The notes beneath the pieces are model-generated. The model did no database searches. It saw only the letters and a list, made by a program, of their open reading frames with translations, and was not told the origin of the DNA. A program made the position numbers and the translations under genes. A stretch of 64,000 nt of DNA from an uncultured Candidatus Saccharibacteria bacterium (lineage in GTDB: Bacteria > Patescibacteriota > Minisyncoccia > Phycocordibacterales > UBA1006). The DNA is taken from NCBI GenBank assembly GCA_964415895.1, contig CAYQCC010000001.1:17934-81933 (forward strand). The letters are read 5' to 3'. Positions 63,167 to 64,000 of this stretch are shown here, in pieces. Within the stretch, counting starts at the first letter, position 1, and each line of letters opens with the position of its first letter.

Positions 63167-64000
63167 ATGAAAATCGTTTTGACAGGTGGAGGAACAGGTG
63201 GACACTTTTTTCCAGTGATCGCTGTTGCCGAGGAAATTAATAAAATGGTTGATGAACAGAAAATAGCACATGTTGAAATGTACTATTTTTCAGACGCTCC
63301 ATATGACAAGGAGGCTTTATTTGAAAACCGCATTCATTTCGTAGAAATTCCAGCAGGGAAATTACGAGTTTATTTTTCTTTTCAGAACTTTACTGATATT
63401 TTTAAAACCGCGTATGGTTGTTTAGTTGGTTTATGGGAAGTATTCAAAGTGTATCCAGATGTTATTTTTGCAAAAGGTGGTTATGCATCATTTCCAACAT
63501 TGATGGCTGCAAAGATTTTGCGTATTCCAGTTATTATTCATGAATCAGATTCTGCGCCAGGTCGTGTGACAGCTTGGGCTGGAAAGTTCGCACAGTTCAT
63601 CGGAATTGCATATCCAGAAGTTGCAGAGTATTTTCCAAAAGACAGAGTTGCACATGTTGGTCAACCAATTCGTCCAGAATTAGAACATCCGATTACTGAT
63701 GGTGCACATGAATTTCTACATCTTGAGTCGGGAATTCCTGCAGTATTGGTTATGGGTGGATCTTCCGGTGCTCAAGTTATTAACGACGCTGTAATTGGTG
63801 CCTTGCCAGAGTTGCTTCAAAACTATCAAGTTGTTCACCAAACAGGAAAAGCATTATTTGACGAGGTTTCAGGACGCGCAGCGCTTATTCTTGAAAATAA
63901 CGATTACAAGACTCGTTATCAGCCATATGCTTTCTTAAATCCATTGGCTATGCGTATGGCAGCAGGTGTTGCAGCTGTCACCATATCACGCGCAGGAGGT
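63167..64000 (+). CDS. murG: UDP-N-acetylglucosamine-N-acetylmuramyl-(pentapeptide) pyrophosphoryl-undecaprenol N-acetylglucosamine transferase, 5' portion (runs off the window end)
   Basis: MKIVLTGGGTGGHFFPVIAV G-loop; the frame is open to the window edge. Missing from the ORF track because there is no stop. Confidence 0.8.
   Translation, partial: MKIVLTGGGTGGHFFPVIAVAEEINKMVDEQKIAHVEMYYFSDAPYDKEALFENRIHFVEIPAGKLRVYFSFQNFTDIFKTAYGCLVGLWEVFKVYPDVIFAKGGYASFPTLMAAKILRIPVIIHESDSAPGRVTAWAGKFAQFIGIAYPEVAEYFPKDRVAHVGQPIRPELEHPITDGAHEFLHLESGIPAVLVMGGSSGAQVINDAVIGALPELLQNYQVVHQTGKALFDEVSGRAALILENNDYKTRYQPYAFLNPLAMRMAAGVAAVTISRAGG

Noticed and set aside
1-64000. CRISPR arrays, rRNA genes, integrases/transposases, group I/II introns
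   Set aside because: - No regularly spaced direct repeats, rRNA signatures, recombinase or transposase motifs were found by eye.
- Both tRNA-adjacent regions lack integrase genes or direct-repeat att sites.

Overview
This 64-kb window looks like part of a low-GC, compact bacterial chromosome with CPR/Patescibacteria-like gene content. Assuming it is bacterial with the standard genetic code and ordinary stop codons, almost every gap can be explained.

Housekeeping content:
- An infA-rpmJ-rpsM-rpsK-rpsD-rpoA-rplQ-rplM-rpsI ribosomal / RNA polymerase alpha block.
- rplU, and the tRNA synthetases alaS (short form), cysS, trpS and aspS (short form).
- grpE, dnaK and a zinc-finger-less dnaJ.
- A division/cell-wall (dcw) cluster split in two: mraZ-rsmH-ftsL-ftsI at 30.0-33.5 kb and mraY-ftsW-murG at 60.9-64.0 kb. 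ftsEX, scpAB and a PIF1-family helicase are also present.
- Three tRNAs: Ile-GAT (+), Glu-CTC (-) and Gln-CTG (-).
- About 25 rho-independent terminators, several of them unusually long perfect palindromes. Many promoters have a TATAAT box 6-10 nt before the ATG, so transcripts look leaderless.

Items worth a second look:
1. A T-box riboswitch leader upstream of aspS: the canonical AGGGTGGCACCGCGG antiterminator core with a mutually exclusive terminator, but apparently a very short Stem I.
2. A translationally coupled two-gene module on the minus strand (46079-47756) next to tRNA-Glu. Both products carry Rx4H (HEPN-like) motifs, making it a candidate uncharacterised toxin / abortive-infection system.
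3. A recurring dyad-symmetric element, CCYCTCCTA-N2-3-TAGGAGARGG, present as an inverted pair in two divergent promoter regions. One is the promoter of a PaaX-like regulator gene.
4. An RPH/PEP-synthase-like phosphotransferase adjacent to an APH-fold kinase and a truncated pyruvate kinase.
5. A 911-aa secreted protein with a T9SS-type C-terminal sorting domain.
6. An MraZ operator made of phased TGGG repeats.
7. An unannotated C-minus (zinc-less) rpmJ.

No CRISPR array, integrase, transposase or rRNA was seen.
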